Shown here piece by piece: positions 1-9,347 of a DNA stretch of 44,382 bases. The notes beneath the pieces are model-generated. The model had not been told where the DNA came from, ran no database searches, and saw nothing but the letters and a program-made list of their open reading frames with translations. The DNA is from a virus. Its lineage: Duplodnaviria > Heunggongvirae > Uroviricota > Caudoviricetes. Every line of letters begins with the position of its first letter. Position 1 is the first letter of the stretch. Both the position numbers and the translations under genes were made by a program. The DNA is taken from the IMG/VR virus record IMGVR_UViG_3300029846_000001. The stretch is one strand, 5' to 3'.

Positions 1-532
1 AATCCAATCCGATAGATGCACCATCATGTGTCTCTCTATAAGAGTTTATAAGATTATGATCTGTAACTATAATCAAGCTATATCTATGGTATGTTTCTCT
101 AACTATTCTAATTTGTTTAACATTACCTTCGTAGACTCTACTGTATGAGAATCTAAATCGTTTCTTTCCTTTGTTAATTGTTAGACAATTTCCATTCAGG
201 GTAAACCCTCCTTGTTTAAAAACAAAAGAGTTGAAACAAGAAGCTCTTTTGAACTTAGGAGGTCGTTTAGCCAACTTTTTGAAGAAACGATTGTATGCTG
301 AGTCTAATCTCTGAAGGATTTCTTGTACTGTTTGGGAATGAAGTAGGATTCTTTTTACCCTTTTTGCAAAATGCTTTTGCATCTTACCAACTGGTATGTA
401 TTTCCCAAACAGTCTGTAGTATCTACGTTGTAGAGCTAAAGCATGATTCCATACGAAACAGCATTCACGCAGCATCTTATCGAGATACTTTGTTTTCTTT
501 GAATGATAGATGTTGTATTTGTATGAAATCAT
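1..532 (-). CDS. tnpB: TnpB (IS200/IS605 family RNA-guided endonuclease), N-terminal half, runs off window start
   Basis: Not in the ORF track. Manual minus-strand translation from ATG 532 gives MISYKYNIYHSKKTKYLDKMLRECCFVWNHALALQRRYY...QEILQRLDSAYNRFFKK...PPKFK...GASIGLD, i.e. TnpB N-terminal motifs ending at RuvC-I IGLD. Confidence 0.9.
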   Translation of the reverse strand, partial: MISYKYNIYHSKKTKYLDKMLRECCFVWNHALALQRRYYRLFGKYIPVGKMQKHFAKRVKRILLHSQTVQEILQRLDSAYNRFFKKLAKRPPKFKRASCFNSFVFKQGGFTLNGNCLTINKGKKRFRFSYSRVYEGNVKQIRIVRETYHRYSLIIVTDHNLINSYRETHDGASIGLD

Positions 533-656
533 TTTTTTAATTACATTTACAGCGTGAATATAATAATAACTTTTGGGTGTATATTAGAATCAATTATTAA
601 AAATACATATATAAACAAAAGAATCATTGATCCCCTATTTAAAAGCAGGGGCTTTG
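1..656 (-). mobile_element. IS605/IS1341-type element (tnpB only in view); left end near 656
   Basis: Subterminal hairpin CCCCT-ATTTAAAAGC-AGGGG at 632-651; TTTAA target-like motif on the minus strand at 657-661 immediately outside. Confidence 0.7.
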
Positions 657-802
657 TTAAAGATCGTAAAAACGAAGACCGTTTAAAGGCTTTGGATTCT
701 AAGATCGATCAGAAGGTTGAGGACGTAAAAAACAAGGTTGGCGCGGTGATGGACATCGTAGACCAGATCAAGAAATTGTTGGATAAAATTAACAAAAAAT
801 AA
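657..802 (+). pseudogene. 3' remnant of a small coiled-coil phage gene interrupted by the IS
   Basis: ORF 554-802 is chimeric: 5' part lies in the IS left end, 3' part (KDRKNEDRLKALDSKIDQKVEDVK...) is coiled-coil-like and ends 2 nt before the next gene. Confidence 0.55.
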
Positions 803-804
803 AT

Positions 805-1827
805 ATGGCAGAAGTAGGTTATAACAGTAAATTCGAAGGTCAGGAGGTTGATTCCAGACTTGAGAATGTGGTGCAGGCTGCTCCTGGAACAGGTTCGGAG
901 TCGGGCAAGGAAGGCCTCATCCCGGCTCCCCCTGCCGGAAGTCAAGACGGTAGCAAGACTCTTCTTAGTAACATGACATGGGGCGATTATGTAAACAAGA
1001 AGTATATAGATGATGCTGTATCGGCAGCAGGGTGGAAGAAGCAGATTGTTAGCAAACTTCCTACTGTTGAAGAGGCGAAGGATAATGTCATGTATCTTGT
1101 AAAAGATGATGTGGCGTCTACAGAAACCAAAAACGTGTATAACGAATATATTTTGGCTACTGAAGAAGGTGGTGGCGAGGTGCTTGAATCGCTTGGTATG
1201 GTAAGTACTGGTGTAGGAATGACGTTTTTAGATCTTGATCAGTTTAGTTTAGGTTTAGGAACCGTAAGTGATGATGTCTATAATAGCGTTGTTTCGGCTT
1301 ATGAAAATAAGATTATTGTAGGAATGATTAATGGCATTGTTATACCTATAGTGATATCTAAAGAACAAGATACTTACAGTATTGCACTTGCTTATTGTTT
1401 TAATGATGGAAACGAGTTGAGTTTCGTCAATGCGGTCATTGTATTAAATAAGGATAAAAGTTTTACATATAGTGATGTTGATGGTATTGTTTCAGAAGCC
1501 AGCATTTCTTTTCTGAATTTTATGACAGGAACTCCTTCTGTTGTTACGACATTGGCTAATCTTCCTAAAGGCACTCATAATATCATAGCCAACGTAGCTT
1601 CTGCTACGAGCCTGTCTATGACCGTATCTGCTGAGTATGTTGGGAGGGAATGGCAGGTGCGGGTCAACAACACCACCGGCACAGACATCACGCAGCCGCT
1701 TCCTACCTCTGGCCTGTTCCAGAGCATGTCAGGCGATAGCGTAATAGTACCTAAAAACAGTTTTATAGAATTAAGTATCTGGTATATCAATGATAAGTTG
1801 GTTATCAGAGTAGGTGAACAAGCTTAA
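805..1827 (+). CDS. putative virion/tail fibre-associated protein
   Basis: 340-aa ORF; GLIPAPPAG and IVSKLPT..NVMYLV motifs resemble phage tail fibre segments; structural context. Confidence 0.5.
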   Translation: MAEVGYNSKFEGQEVDSRLENVVQAAPGTGSESGKEGLIPAPPAGSQDGSKTLLSNMTWGDYVNKKYIDDAVSAAGWKKQIVSKLPTVEEAKDNVMYLVKDDVASTETKNVYNEYILATEEGGGEVLESLGMVSTGVGMTFLDLDQFSLGLGTVSDDVYNSVVSAYENKIIVGMINGIVIPIVISKEQDTYSIALAYCFNDGNELSFVNAVIVLNKDKSFTYSDVDGIVSEASISFLNFMTGTPSVVTTLANLPKGTHNIIANVASATSLSMTVSAEYVGREWQVRVNNTTGTDITQPLPTSGLFQSMSGDSVIVPKNSFIELSIWYINDKLVIRVGEQA

Positions 1828-1842
1828 TAGAAAGGATAGAGT

Positions 1843-2955
1843 ATGCTTTATGTAAATAAGAATATAAAAGGTTTTTATTGGGAAGGATACGAGTTGGACT
1901 CCTCTTCTTACGAAGTAGGATATTCTTACCAAGATTTCTTAGATGGTAAATGGGTTCAACTTGACTCTGATCAAGAAAAATTCCATCAAGACAATCCTGA
2001 TGCGAGTGTGAAAGAAGTTATTGCCATGCAGCTTGACCCGGAACCTCCTGGACCAACTGAAGAGGAGTTGCTTGCCAAGGCTAAAGACAGGAAGGTTTCT
2101 GAGGCCAGGGAATATGCTTATTCTGATACTGTCCGTTCTTATAGTTTGGATGGTAAACAGATATGGTATAACAGCAGTATGAGACAGAAGGTTAAAAACG
2201 ATATTGATGTAGCAAAAGGAAGCGGGATATATACCGTATCCGTAGCAGATTCAGAATACGAGCTTGATATTGCTAATACGGCAATGAATGAAATGCATGT
2301 ATATGAATCTGAGTGCAACGATCGTACTGCTGCCATAGAAAAGGAAATAGCTTCTAAAACCGACAGGAGTGAAGTTGAGTCTATGAAAGTAGATGAAGGT
2401 TATCCTGAGAAGTTGGTAAGGACAAAGGATCAGATCATAGAAAAAAATAAGATCCTTGAAGCCAATGATCCGGAGAAGGCTACAGCTATGTACATGAGGG
2501 CGATGATCAACACGCCGGCTATGTTGGAAAACACTGACCAGAATCTTGCTCTTAAGATAAAGGGGTTGTACCCTATCTGGGACAAGGATGGAGTTTACGG
2601 CGACAAAGGTCTTCCTATGGGCACGGCTGTTGTAAAAGGGCAGCGTTTCCGTAGCAAAAACAAACCTTCGGATTTGGATTGGACTCTGTTTGAAGTAAGG
2701 CAAAATCACAATCTCCAAGCCGACTGGGTTCCTGGTCAGGGAGGTGGAGCCGAAAGCCTGTATATGGTTGTTCAGGAAAAGCATTTAGGTACGATAGACG
2801 ATCCTATTCCTTGGGTATATAATTCTATTTTAGAGAATGGAAAATATTACATTGACAAAGAAATTAAGTATCTTTGCATAAGAGATTCAGGCATCCCTTT
2901 GGCTTACGAGAACCTTTCTGATCTTGTATCAGCCGGATATGTAAGGGTTGTTTAG
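1843..2955 (+). CDS. tail fibre-associated protein (DUF4376-like middle, C-terminal carbohydrate-binding-like module)
   Basis: 370-aa ORF; 'LAKAKDRKVSEAREY...GYPEKL' and 'GTIDDPIPW...LENGKYY...YLCIRDSG' motifs typical of Bacteroidales phage tail proteins. Confidence 0.5.
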   Translation: MLYVNKNIKGFYWEGYELDSSSYEVGYSYQDFLDGKWVQLDSDQEKFHQDNPDASVKEVIAMQLDPEPPGPTEEELLAKAKDRKVSEAREYAYSDTVRSYSLDGKQIWYNSSMRQKVKNDIDVAKGSGIYTVSVADSEYELDIANTAMNEMHVYESECNDRTAAIEKEIASKTDRSEVESMKVDEGYPEKLVRTKDQIIEKNKILEANDPEKATAMYMRAMINTPAMLENTDQNLALKIKGLYPIWDKDGVYGDKGLPMGTAVVKGQRFRSKNKPSDLDWTLFEVRQNHNLQADWVPGQGGGAESLYMVVQEKHLGTIDDPIPWVYNSILENGKYYIDKEIKYLCIRDSGIPLAYENLSDLVSAGYVRVV

Positions 2956-2983
2956 GTCGTAATTTGTTGTTAATGTTATGGAT

Positions 2984-3020
2984 AACCCCTGTATATTTAT
3001 TTATGCAGGGGTTTTTCTTT
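2984..3020 (+). terminator. intrinsic terminator
   Basis: AACCCCTGTATA / TATGCAGGGGTT stem followed by a T-rich tract. Confidence 0.75.
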
Positions 3021-3062
3021 AATCCCGACTCTACTTATTTTTCATATAGGTAATGTTCTGAT

Positions 3063-3070
3063 TATCTTTG
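3063..3070 (+). promoter_or_regulatory. TATCTTTG -7-type promoter element before lysis cassette
   Basis: Matches Bacteroidota TAnnTTTG; same TATCTTTGT motif at 4646, 21008, 27217, 41989. Confidence 0.6.
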
Positions 3071-3086
3071 TGAAAAAGGTTAAGTT

Positions 3087-3548
3087 ATGGAAAGAAGTGA
3101 TATTATAAAAGAATTGAGTCAGTATTTTAGTATTGTTGAATTAGTTGGTCCTAAAGAATACGGTAGAGACAAAGATCTTTGCTGGAGGTATTTAAGAACT
3201 GAGTTGCTTCACACGATACTGGTTTTAAGGAAAGACATCTTGAAAACTCCGATGACGGTTAATACCTGGAAGTCGGGCGGAAGGTTTGATGAACGTGGGT
3301 TTAGGAACAATGTCTCGGATATAGTAAAATCCAAGACCGTATCAGGGTCTTTGTATATCAGTCCTCATATGCTTGGGGCAGCCATCGATTTTGATGCCAA
3401 GGGTATGACGGCAGAAGAGACAAGGAATAAAATAATTCAGTCACAGGATCTACTTCCTTGTCCTATTAGATTAGAATCAGGTACCAATTGGGTCCATATT
3501 GACGTATATGACTCTCTTGGAAGTAGCAAGAAAGTAACTATGTTCTAA
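3087..3548 (+). CDS. endolysin, peptidase M15-like
   Basis: SPHMLGAAIDFD and WVHID zinc-binding motifs; followed by holin- and spanin-like genes. Confidence 0.8.
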   Translation: MERSDIIKELSQYFSIVELVGPKEYGRDKDLCWRYLRTELLHTILVLRKDILKTPMTVNTWKSGGRFDERGFRNNVSDIVKSKTVSGSLYISPHMLGAAIDFDAKGMTAEETRNKIIQSQDLLPCPIRLESGTNWVHIDVYDSLGSSKKVTMF

Positions 3549-3549
3549 T

Positions 3550-4137
3550 ATGGCTTACAGATTTGTAGGAAGGATGAATTTAGAAAGTTTCTGGGCTTTT
3601 CTCATTTCCGGATTATCAGCATTGTGGATGAATTTCCAGGAGATTCACCACCTTATATATTCTATATTGTTTATATTAGCTATAAATCTTTTGTTAGCTA
3701 CTATAAAAAGTATCAAACACTGCTATATCCGAAGAAAGAGAAAGAGGCCTTTTAAGATATTGACATGCATAAGCGAAATGGGAGTTTTGAAAATCCTTCT
3801 TGAGTTCGCGGCCTGCTCTTTCGGGTTGTTCACCATATCCGGAATGGATCTTATTATGTCTATGGGAGGGCATAAATCCCCAGAGTTTATAGACATGCTT
3901 CTTCAGTGGATTACGATATTCGCCTTAATATTATACGGCGTAATGGCATTCAAACGCCTCGGCGACCTTGCACCTGATTTGATGATAGTAAAAGGCGTTA
4001 AGTATTTCTTTAGCAAAGTAAGTTGGTGGCAGAAAGTTCCATTCGGAGAAGAGCTTAAAGAAGGTATTAACAACGGTGATATACAAGAACTTTTAGATGA
4101 AGATAAGGAGGGTAAAAGATGTGTTTGCAAAAAATGA
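3550..4137 (+). CDS. putative holin
   Basis: Several hydrophobic segments, charged C-terminus, adjacent to endolysin. Confidence 0.6.
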   Translation: MAYRFVGRMNLESFWAFLISGLSALWMNFQEIHHLIYSILFILAINLLLATIKSIKHCYIRRKRKRPFKILTCISEMGVLKILLEFAACSFGLFTISGMDLIMSMGGHKSPEFIDMLLQWITIFALILYGVMAFKRLGDLAPDLMIVKGVKYFFSKVSWWQKVPFGEELKEGINNGDIQELLDEDKEGKRCVCKK

Positions 4138-4586
4138 GAGCCAGGCATGTGTTAGGAGTTCTTCTACTGTGTTTTATATCTTTTTTGTTTGGTAAAACAT
4201 GCAAAAAACAAGAAATAATACACGATATAGAAATAGATACGGTAATAGATACCATTATCCAACCTGTTCCTGTTCCTCAGTATATAGTTGACGTAGGGGA
4301 GGTAGAAATACCTTTCCCTATGGATGCTATAGTTGAAAAAGATACGATAAAAGACACTGTTTATATCAATATTCCTATACAAAGAAAAACATACAACACA
4401 GATGATTATCGGGCTGTTATAAGCGGATACAGACCTAATTTGGATACGATGATCATCTACCACAAAAAAGAAATAATATACGAAAAGAGCCGGCGCTGGG
4501 GCATAGGACTGACGGCAGGGTATGGGGTCGGGCGCGAGGGCTTCTCCCCCTACTTAGGCGCTGGAATCTATTATCGGATATGGTGA
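4119..4586 (+). CDS. putative spanin-like lysis protein
   Basis: N-terminal hydrophobic anchor, C-terminal amphipathic beta strands ending in Trp (WGIGLTAGYG...YLGAGIYYRIW); third gene of lysis cassette. Confidence 0.5.
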   Translation: MCLQKMRARHVLGVLLLCFISFLFGKTCKKQEIIHDIEIDTVIDTIIQPVPVPQYIVDVGEVEIPFPMDAIVEKDTIKDTVYINIPIQRKTYNTDDYRAVISGYRPNLDTMIIYHKKEIIYEKSRRWGIGLTAGYGVGREGFSPYLGAGIYYRIW

Positions 4587-4669
4587 CAATCACCTCACCT
4601 TTTATTTAATGTCCAATAGTTTAAACTTTTATCACCTCATTTACTTATCTTTGTAGAAAAAGATAAGGT

Positions 4670-5548
4670 ATGAACTATATCGATATTTTACCACAGATAA
4701 GAAATAATATTTTCTATGTCAGGATAGTAATGACCGACTACGATGTGGAAAATCAGATGGTTATTAGAATAGTAGCCAGAAGAAATGACGGTCTGTACAA
4801 GACAGAGGTAGTACAGTATCCAAATGAAGGAACTGATTACAACGGAGAAATCATAGTTCCTATGTTTGGTATGGCTAAGTCGTTGGTAGCCCAAATAGTA
4901 GGAGTCAAGATAAATGGTACCGAGGTACGTGTTAATAGCACTGAGGTAGAGGGAGCTGATATAACAGCCAGATACGATGATTCCCTTACCAGAATGGGAT
5001 GGGAGGAGAGTATGAACAACATCCATCTTGATTTTGAGGTTATAAGCACCAACAACCCTAAAACGCTTCGCATAGCCGATCAGTCGGAATGGGGGATACT
5101 GGCAGACAGACCGGCTATTATAGAGATTGTGCCACCTGAAGATGAAAATAAGTATGTTTATTATCTTGGTAAGAATCAGTTGAATGTATTCAACAGTAAG
5201 ACCCTTGGCATAAATCCAGGTCGCGGAAATGATTTTGAAAACCTAAAAGATGGTATATACGATATTACCATAAAAGGAAGTCCTTCCTCTTATTCATTTA
5301 ACAGAAAGTATTTAAAAACAGATCTGATCCGTCTTAATATAGATAAGATATGGGCTAGGTCAACTGTGTTATGTGATCATGAGGATGATGACGTTATTAA
5401 CAAAATAAAAGAAATAGAGTTTCTGCTGGCTGCGGCTGAAGCCAATATGAGATTAGGGAATTTTGAAAACGTAAAACAATTATACGAAAAAGTATCTAAA
5501 TTGATTTATGTTCTCAATAATTGTGAAAATTGTGGTTGTAAAATATAA
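4670..5548 (+). CDS. hypothetical virion protein
   Basis: 292-aa ORF preceded by TATCTTTG (4646-4653); Cys-rich C-terminus. Confidence 0.6.
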   Translation: MNYIDILPQIRNNIFYVRIVMTDYDVENQMVIRIVARRNDGLYKTEVVQYPNEGTDYNGEIIVPMFGMAKSLVAQIVGVKINGTEVRVNSTEVEGADITARYDDSLTRMGWEESMNNIHLDFEVISTNNPKTLRIADQSEWGILADRPAIIEIVPPEDENKYVYYLGKNQLNVFNSKTLGINPGRGNDFENLKDGIYDITIKGSPSSYSFNRKYLKTDLIRLNIDKIWARSTVLCDHEDDDVINKIKEIEFLLAAAEANMRLGNFENVKQLYEKVSKLIYVLNNCENCGCKI

Positions 5549-5569
5549 TAAATCAAATATAAGTTAATT

Positions 5570-5896
5570 ATGGGATGTGGATGTGGAAGAAGTAATATTA
5601 CTTCTGTTAATAGAAATAGGGCTATAAAGCCTCAGTCGAATACGACACCTAAAGCTGATTCTAATGCGGCTTGTATTCAGAAATACGATGAACTTGCTGT
5701 ATTGGACAAGAAAATTATAGACCTTCATCGCAAGTTCAGGTTTGTAGGAGGTGTAAGTAAAAGGTATGCTGATATTCAAAAGCTGGTAAGAGGCTGGATC
5801 GTTAATTTGAAGAACGAGTGCCCAGATCCGGATGATCTTGCTACTTATTCCGAATACATAAATAAAGAATACGCCAGGTATTTTACCGTGAAGTGA
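5570..5896 (+). CDS. hypothetical protein (MGCGCG N-terminus)
   Basis: 108-aa ORF in operon-like spacing. Confidence 0.65.
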   Translation: MGCGCGRSNITSVNRNRAIKPQSNTTPKADSNAACIQKYDELAVLDKKIIDLHRKFRFVGGVSKRYADIQKLVRGWIVNLKNECPDPDDLATYSEYINKEYARYFTVK

Positions 5897-5897
5897 T

Positions 5898-6149
5898 ATG
5901 GCAGCTACCGGAAGTACACAGCAAATTCTTTTCCCTTCATCTTACTTATGTGAGTGTGCTGATCGTTTTATAGCATGTAAGGCTGATCAGTATCTACAAT
6001 ATCATAAGTATAAGGTAGGTATCAAGCCTGATATGGATACGGTTCTTAAAATAGATCGTATGAGAAGAATCGTATGTGAAGGGGAATGCGGATTGTGCCC
6101 GGACGAGATTCAGAAATTCAAAGAAGAACTTAATAAGATCTTGTCATGA
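5898..6149 (+). CDS. hypothetical Cys-rich protein
   Basis: 83-aa ORF tightly packed with neighbours. Confidence 0.6.
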   Translation: MAATGSTQQILFPSSYLCECADRFIACKADQYLQYHKYKVGIKPDMDTVLKIDRMRRIVCEGECGLCPDEIQKFKEELNKILS

Positions 6150-6784
6150 AAAAGATGTATTACAACAAAGAATACAGAAAAGCTTTCAAGAAATCGGACT
6201 GTCCGGAAGATCTTGGTTCTGAAGAAACGTTTATCGTTCATGAGGCTGAATTTTGTTCGGATATAAGCCAAGATGATGCAGATAGGAAAGCGGAAGAGTT
6301 TGCGGAGAAAGAAGGTCCGTTGTATGCTAATAAAGTAGGTGGCTGTTGCGAGGTATATTATAACACAAGACAGGAAGGGGATTTCTTTAAAAATGATTGT
6401 CCTGATGGTCAAAAACAAGAACAACCCACACATCACGTGGTAGAGGCCGGGCGTGTATGGTCTAAGTTTAGTACCGAAATAGCCAACTACGAAGCTGCGA
6501 AGATTCTTGAGCAAGAAGGGCAGGCTGCCGCTAACGAATCTGGAGTATGTAAAACCGTTTATTACAACGAAGATCAACATGGTTGGTTTAGTAAACGTTG
6601 TAAGGAAGGATGGAAGGCTCCTGAGAAATACAGGAGGATATACGCCGGTACCGTAACGTCTTTCATTAGCGTTGATGATGCCAATGAAAAGGCTAAGAAG
6701 ATACTGGAAGAAGAGGGCACGAAATGGGTTAATGAAAATACCAAATGCGAGCCTGTTGTTGATGAATGCAAATTTGATTTTTGA
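6146..6784 (+). CDS. DUF5977-like repeat protein (3 repeats)
   Basis: Three YYN..F.K.C...S..SQ.DA..KA......G...N..G.C units. Confidence 0.75.
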   Translation: MKKMYYNKEYRKAFKKSDCPEDLGSEETFIVHEAEFCSDISQDDADRKAEEFAEKEGPLYANKVGGCCEVYYNTRQEGDFFKNDCPDGQKQEQPTHHVVEAGRVWSKFSTEIANYEAAKILEQEGQAAANESGVCKTVYYNEDQHGWFSKRCKEGWKAPEKYRRIYAGTVTSFISVDDANEKAKKILEEEGTKWVNENTKCEPVVDECKFDF

Positions 6785-6786
6785 AA

Positions 6787-8844
6787 ATGAGCAACGTAAA
6801 ATTTAATCCGACAGAAGGTGAGAATGATAAACTGGTGTCGGTGTTTTCTGAAATAAATGAAGGTCTTGATACGACTTTGAATTACACTATTTCCGATGAA
6901 GGGAATAAGGCTAAGAAGAACATCGTCGTTAATCAAGTTGGTAAAAGGGAAAAGTTTTTATCGAAGAAAGGGGAGGAATCTGAGCCTTTTGTTTTGTCTG
7001 ATGGTAATACTTTCAACGTTCTTAAAGAAGGTGCTTCGGGATCGGCATCCGCTTGGGCTGAGGATCAGATTCCTCCAGAAGCCACGGAATCAGTTGGCGA
7101 CAAAAGCCTTCTCCCTTCTTGGGATTTTTACCTTATAGACATGACTCAAAATACCGGAGACAAAGTGCGTCCGGTCGGAAAGCTTCGTAAGAACAATCTC
7201 CTTAGATTTGAAAACGGAGATTTTGCTCCTACGGTGGGCATAACTGAGGAAATGAGAGCCGAATGCGATGTGGAACTGTATTTGGATAACGGTCATAAAA
7301 ATAAGTATTGTGATGCCGGAGCATTTGACGCCAAGGCTTTTTATGAAGAGTATGGTATTGGTCAAAAACTTTATAATGTATCAGGATCAGAGGTAAGGAT
7401 TTTAAGACCTTGGGAGACTACTTCAAAGAATTATAGCATATTCTTAGGATGTAGCAAGAGCCTGTATGTAGCTGATAAGGTAGTTGGAAAAAGTGGGAAA
7501 ATATGGTCTGGGGTGTACGACGCAGACACAGTTCCTATGCTGGACGGACTTGACCTGCGCCAGACGTGCCCTGTGCTGCCGCCCACAGCCTTATCTCCTG
7601 GACCGGTATGTACAGTAGACTCCAAGGCAAGATCTTTCTTTTTCTTGTATGAAGGAGAAACAAATTGTAAATCCGGAGCCGGAGTTGGTAACGCCTGCAC
7701 GATGTTTCTAAATGGAAGAACTTATCCGAGAAGCAATAACGTAAATCAAATCAATATAGCTAAGTATTCGAGGGCTAATAACGTAGATCCTGAATCTTCT
7801 TATCCTTTTTCTGAAGGTGGGTTCTTGACCTTGAATGCTTATATCATATACCTTGAAATGCTGTATGGTACTAAATACTTGGTTAATCCAGATACTTTTG
7901 GATCAGGTATATCAAGTAACTCCGGGGTAGGTAATGATGTTAATTACCATAAATACGGAGGATTGAAATACCGTAAAAAAGGAGAAGATACATGGATGTA
8001 TGCCACATGGAACAACAGTTCTTCTATTATCCATTATGAACCTACTAAAAAAACTCATTTCTCTTACCTCATAAATTCAGAGTATCCTAAAGAACAATGC
8101 ATGGAAAGCCAGATGGCGGCTTCTTTTGCATTTGAAACAGGCGTAGAAGAAGGATCAGAGTTTGATTTTTATGGAGGAAAATACTGGTATAAAAACGTCC
8201 AGGGAGCCAAGAGTATGGCTGAAGGTCATATGAATGTTATTGTGTTTAAGGAAATGACCGGCACTATATCAGCCTTAAACGAAAATGACGAACCGGCAGA
8301 ATTTGATTTGGAAGTTATTTTAAGGATGTCTTTATACGATGGTATGAATCTGTCTGGAGACGTCTTTAGGTATTGTGGAGGAGGATACGAACAGGTAGGG
8401 ACTTGTTTAAATGATCCTAATGTCACTCGAATAGGTAATACTATTGATATTTATATAGAGCCAGATCAAAAGAAATGGACATATGAGAAAAGGTCTACTA
8501 TGAATAATGGTGAGGTTTTTAATTTTGAATCTAAATATAAAAAGATAGCAACTACCCAAAATTTAGGAGATAGTTATGCTTTACACCGTATCCCTTATAC
8601 CGGATGGAAGGATAAAAAAGGGGGAAGTATCGGAACAGGAGAATGTTTTTATACATGGGACAATTGCTACTGGGCTTCGTCTGTCGGTATAAAGTCCAGA
8701 GTGGCTGCTCGTTTCGGCGGTCGTGCGGACAATGGCTATTGCTCGCCTCGTTTTCTGTATGCGTCTAACGCCCCTTCTTCTACGGCTCGCCACCATTGCG
8801 GCCTTGCCCAGTTGTTATTAGACGTCAGTCAACCGCAGGTTTGA
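6787..8844 (+). CDS. DGR target protein, probable receptor-binding protein with C-terminal CLec-like variable region
   Basis: C-terminal VR (ARFGG.A..G.CSPR.L.A..A.S....CG) matches the TR; ATG 6787 preferred to TTG 6781. Confidence 0.88.
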   Translation: MSNVKFNPTEGENDKLVSVFSEINEGLDTTLNYTISDEGNKAKKNIVVNQVGKREKFLSKKGEESEPFVLSDGNTFNVLKEGASGSASAWAEDQIPPEATESVGDKSLLPSWDFYLIDMTQNTGDKVRPVGKLRKNNLLRFENGDFAPTVGITEEMRAECDVELYLDNGHKNKYCDAGAFDAKAFYEEYGIGQKLYNVSGSEVRILRPWETTSKNYSIFLGCSKSLYVADKVVGKSGKIWSGVYDADTVPMLDGLDLRQTCPVLPPTALSPGPVCTVDSKARSFFFLYEGETNCKSGAGVGNACTMFLNGRTYPRSNNVNQINIAKYSRANNVDPESSYPFSEGGFLTLNAYIIYLEMLYGTKYLVNPDTFGSGISSNSGVGNDVNYHKYGGLKYRKKGEDTWMYATWNNSSSIIHYEPTKKTHFSYLINSEYPKEQCMESQMAASFAFETGVEEGSEFDFYGGKYWYKNVQGAKSMAEGHMNVIVFKEMTGTISALNENDEPAEFDLEVILRMSLYDGMNLSGDVFRYCGGGYEQVGTCLNDPNVTRIGNTIDIYIEPDQKKWTYEKRSTMNNGEVFNFESKYKKIATTQNLGDSYALHRIPYTGWKDKKGGSIGTGECFYTWDNCYWASSVGIKSRVAARFGGRADNGYCSPRFLYASNAPSSTARHHCGLAQLLLDVSQPQV
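8702..8809 (+). repeat. DGR variable repeat (VR)
   Basis: 108-bp ungapped alignment to 9166-9273 with 16 mismatches, all at TR adenines. Confidence 0.97.
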
Positions 8845-8926
8845 TGGGTGCAACCCATTGATGGCGCAGCCATCATAAGCGCAGCGCTAAGGCGCAGCCT
8901 TTTATACTATATCACGGCGCAGCCGT
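8831..8926 (+). other. array of GCA-triloop hairpins downstream of VR
   Basis: AACC-GCA-GGTT, ATGGGT-GCA-ACCCAT, TGATGGC-GCA-GCCATCA, AGCGCAGCGCT, AAGGC-GCA-GCCTT, ACGGC-GCA-GCCGT. Confidence 0.85.
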
Positions 8927-8936
8927 ATCTTGTTAA

Positions 8937-9011
8937 TATAATATTTTATAGCTACAAAACAAAAATTTAAAATATTTAATACAAATTGTTTTGTAGCTAT
9001 AAAATATTATA
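8937..9011. repeat. perfect 26-bp inverted repeat with 23-bp spacer
   Basis: TATAATATTTTATAGCTACAAAACAA (8937-8962) is the reverse complement of 8986-9011. Confidence 0.92.
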
Positions 9012-9021
9012 CATACATTTG
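8990..9021 (+). promoter_or_regulatory. Bacteroidota primary-sigma promoter for the TR-RT transcript
   Basis: TTTG (8990-8993), 20-nt spacer, TACATTTG (9014-9021). Confidence 0.75.
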
Positions 9022-9165
9022 CAATGTCATTAGACAACAGAGATAGTTAACATTATAAACAATAAAAATTTATTCAATGAAATCCGTTAGTCTGCTAACA
9101 AGTCTTACATTGGGATCTGACCTCTGAAATAGCAAATAACGGTTGAGAAAGAGGTTAAAAAGAAT

Positions 9166-9273
9166 TGGCTGCTCGTTTCGGCGGTAATGCGAACAATGGC
9201 AATTGCTCGCCTCGTAATCTGAATGCGAATAACGCCACTTCTAATACGAATCGCAACAATTGCGGCCTTGCCC
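9166..9273 (+). ncRNA. DGR template repeat (TR)
   Basis: 12 AAY codons in the VR-equivalent frame; lies between VR and RT. Confidence 0.95.
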
Positions 9274-9347
9274 TGTGTGGGCTAAAAAAATTGGGTATAT
9301 TCTTTTTAATCTTTCCCAGGAGTGGAGAATCAATAAAAGACAAGCGT

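Noticed and set aside
295..540. 81-aa plus-strand ORF
   Set aside because: Antisense to the tnpB reading frame at 1-532
8831..8926. CRISPR array or retron msr-msd
   Set aside because: No identical direct repeats with spacers; the RT context is fully explained by the VR/TR pair
8937..9011. Invertible promoter (phase-variation switch)
   Set aside because: Spacer is only 23 bp, holds neither promoter element, and no recombinase gene is in the window
9165..9347. ORF-track N-terminal extension of the RT (MAARFGGNANNG...)
   Set aside because: It is the TR read in frame from a TTG; Asn-rich translation is expected of a TR and a downstream ATG is more plausible, though translation is not excluded
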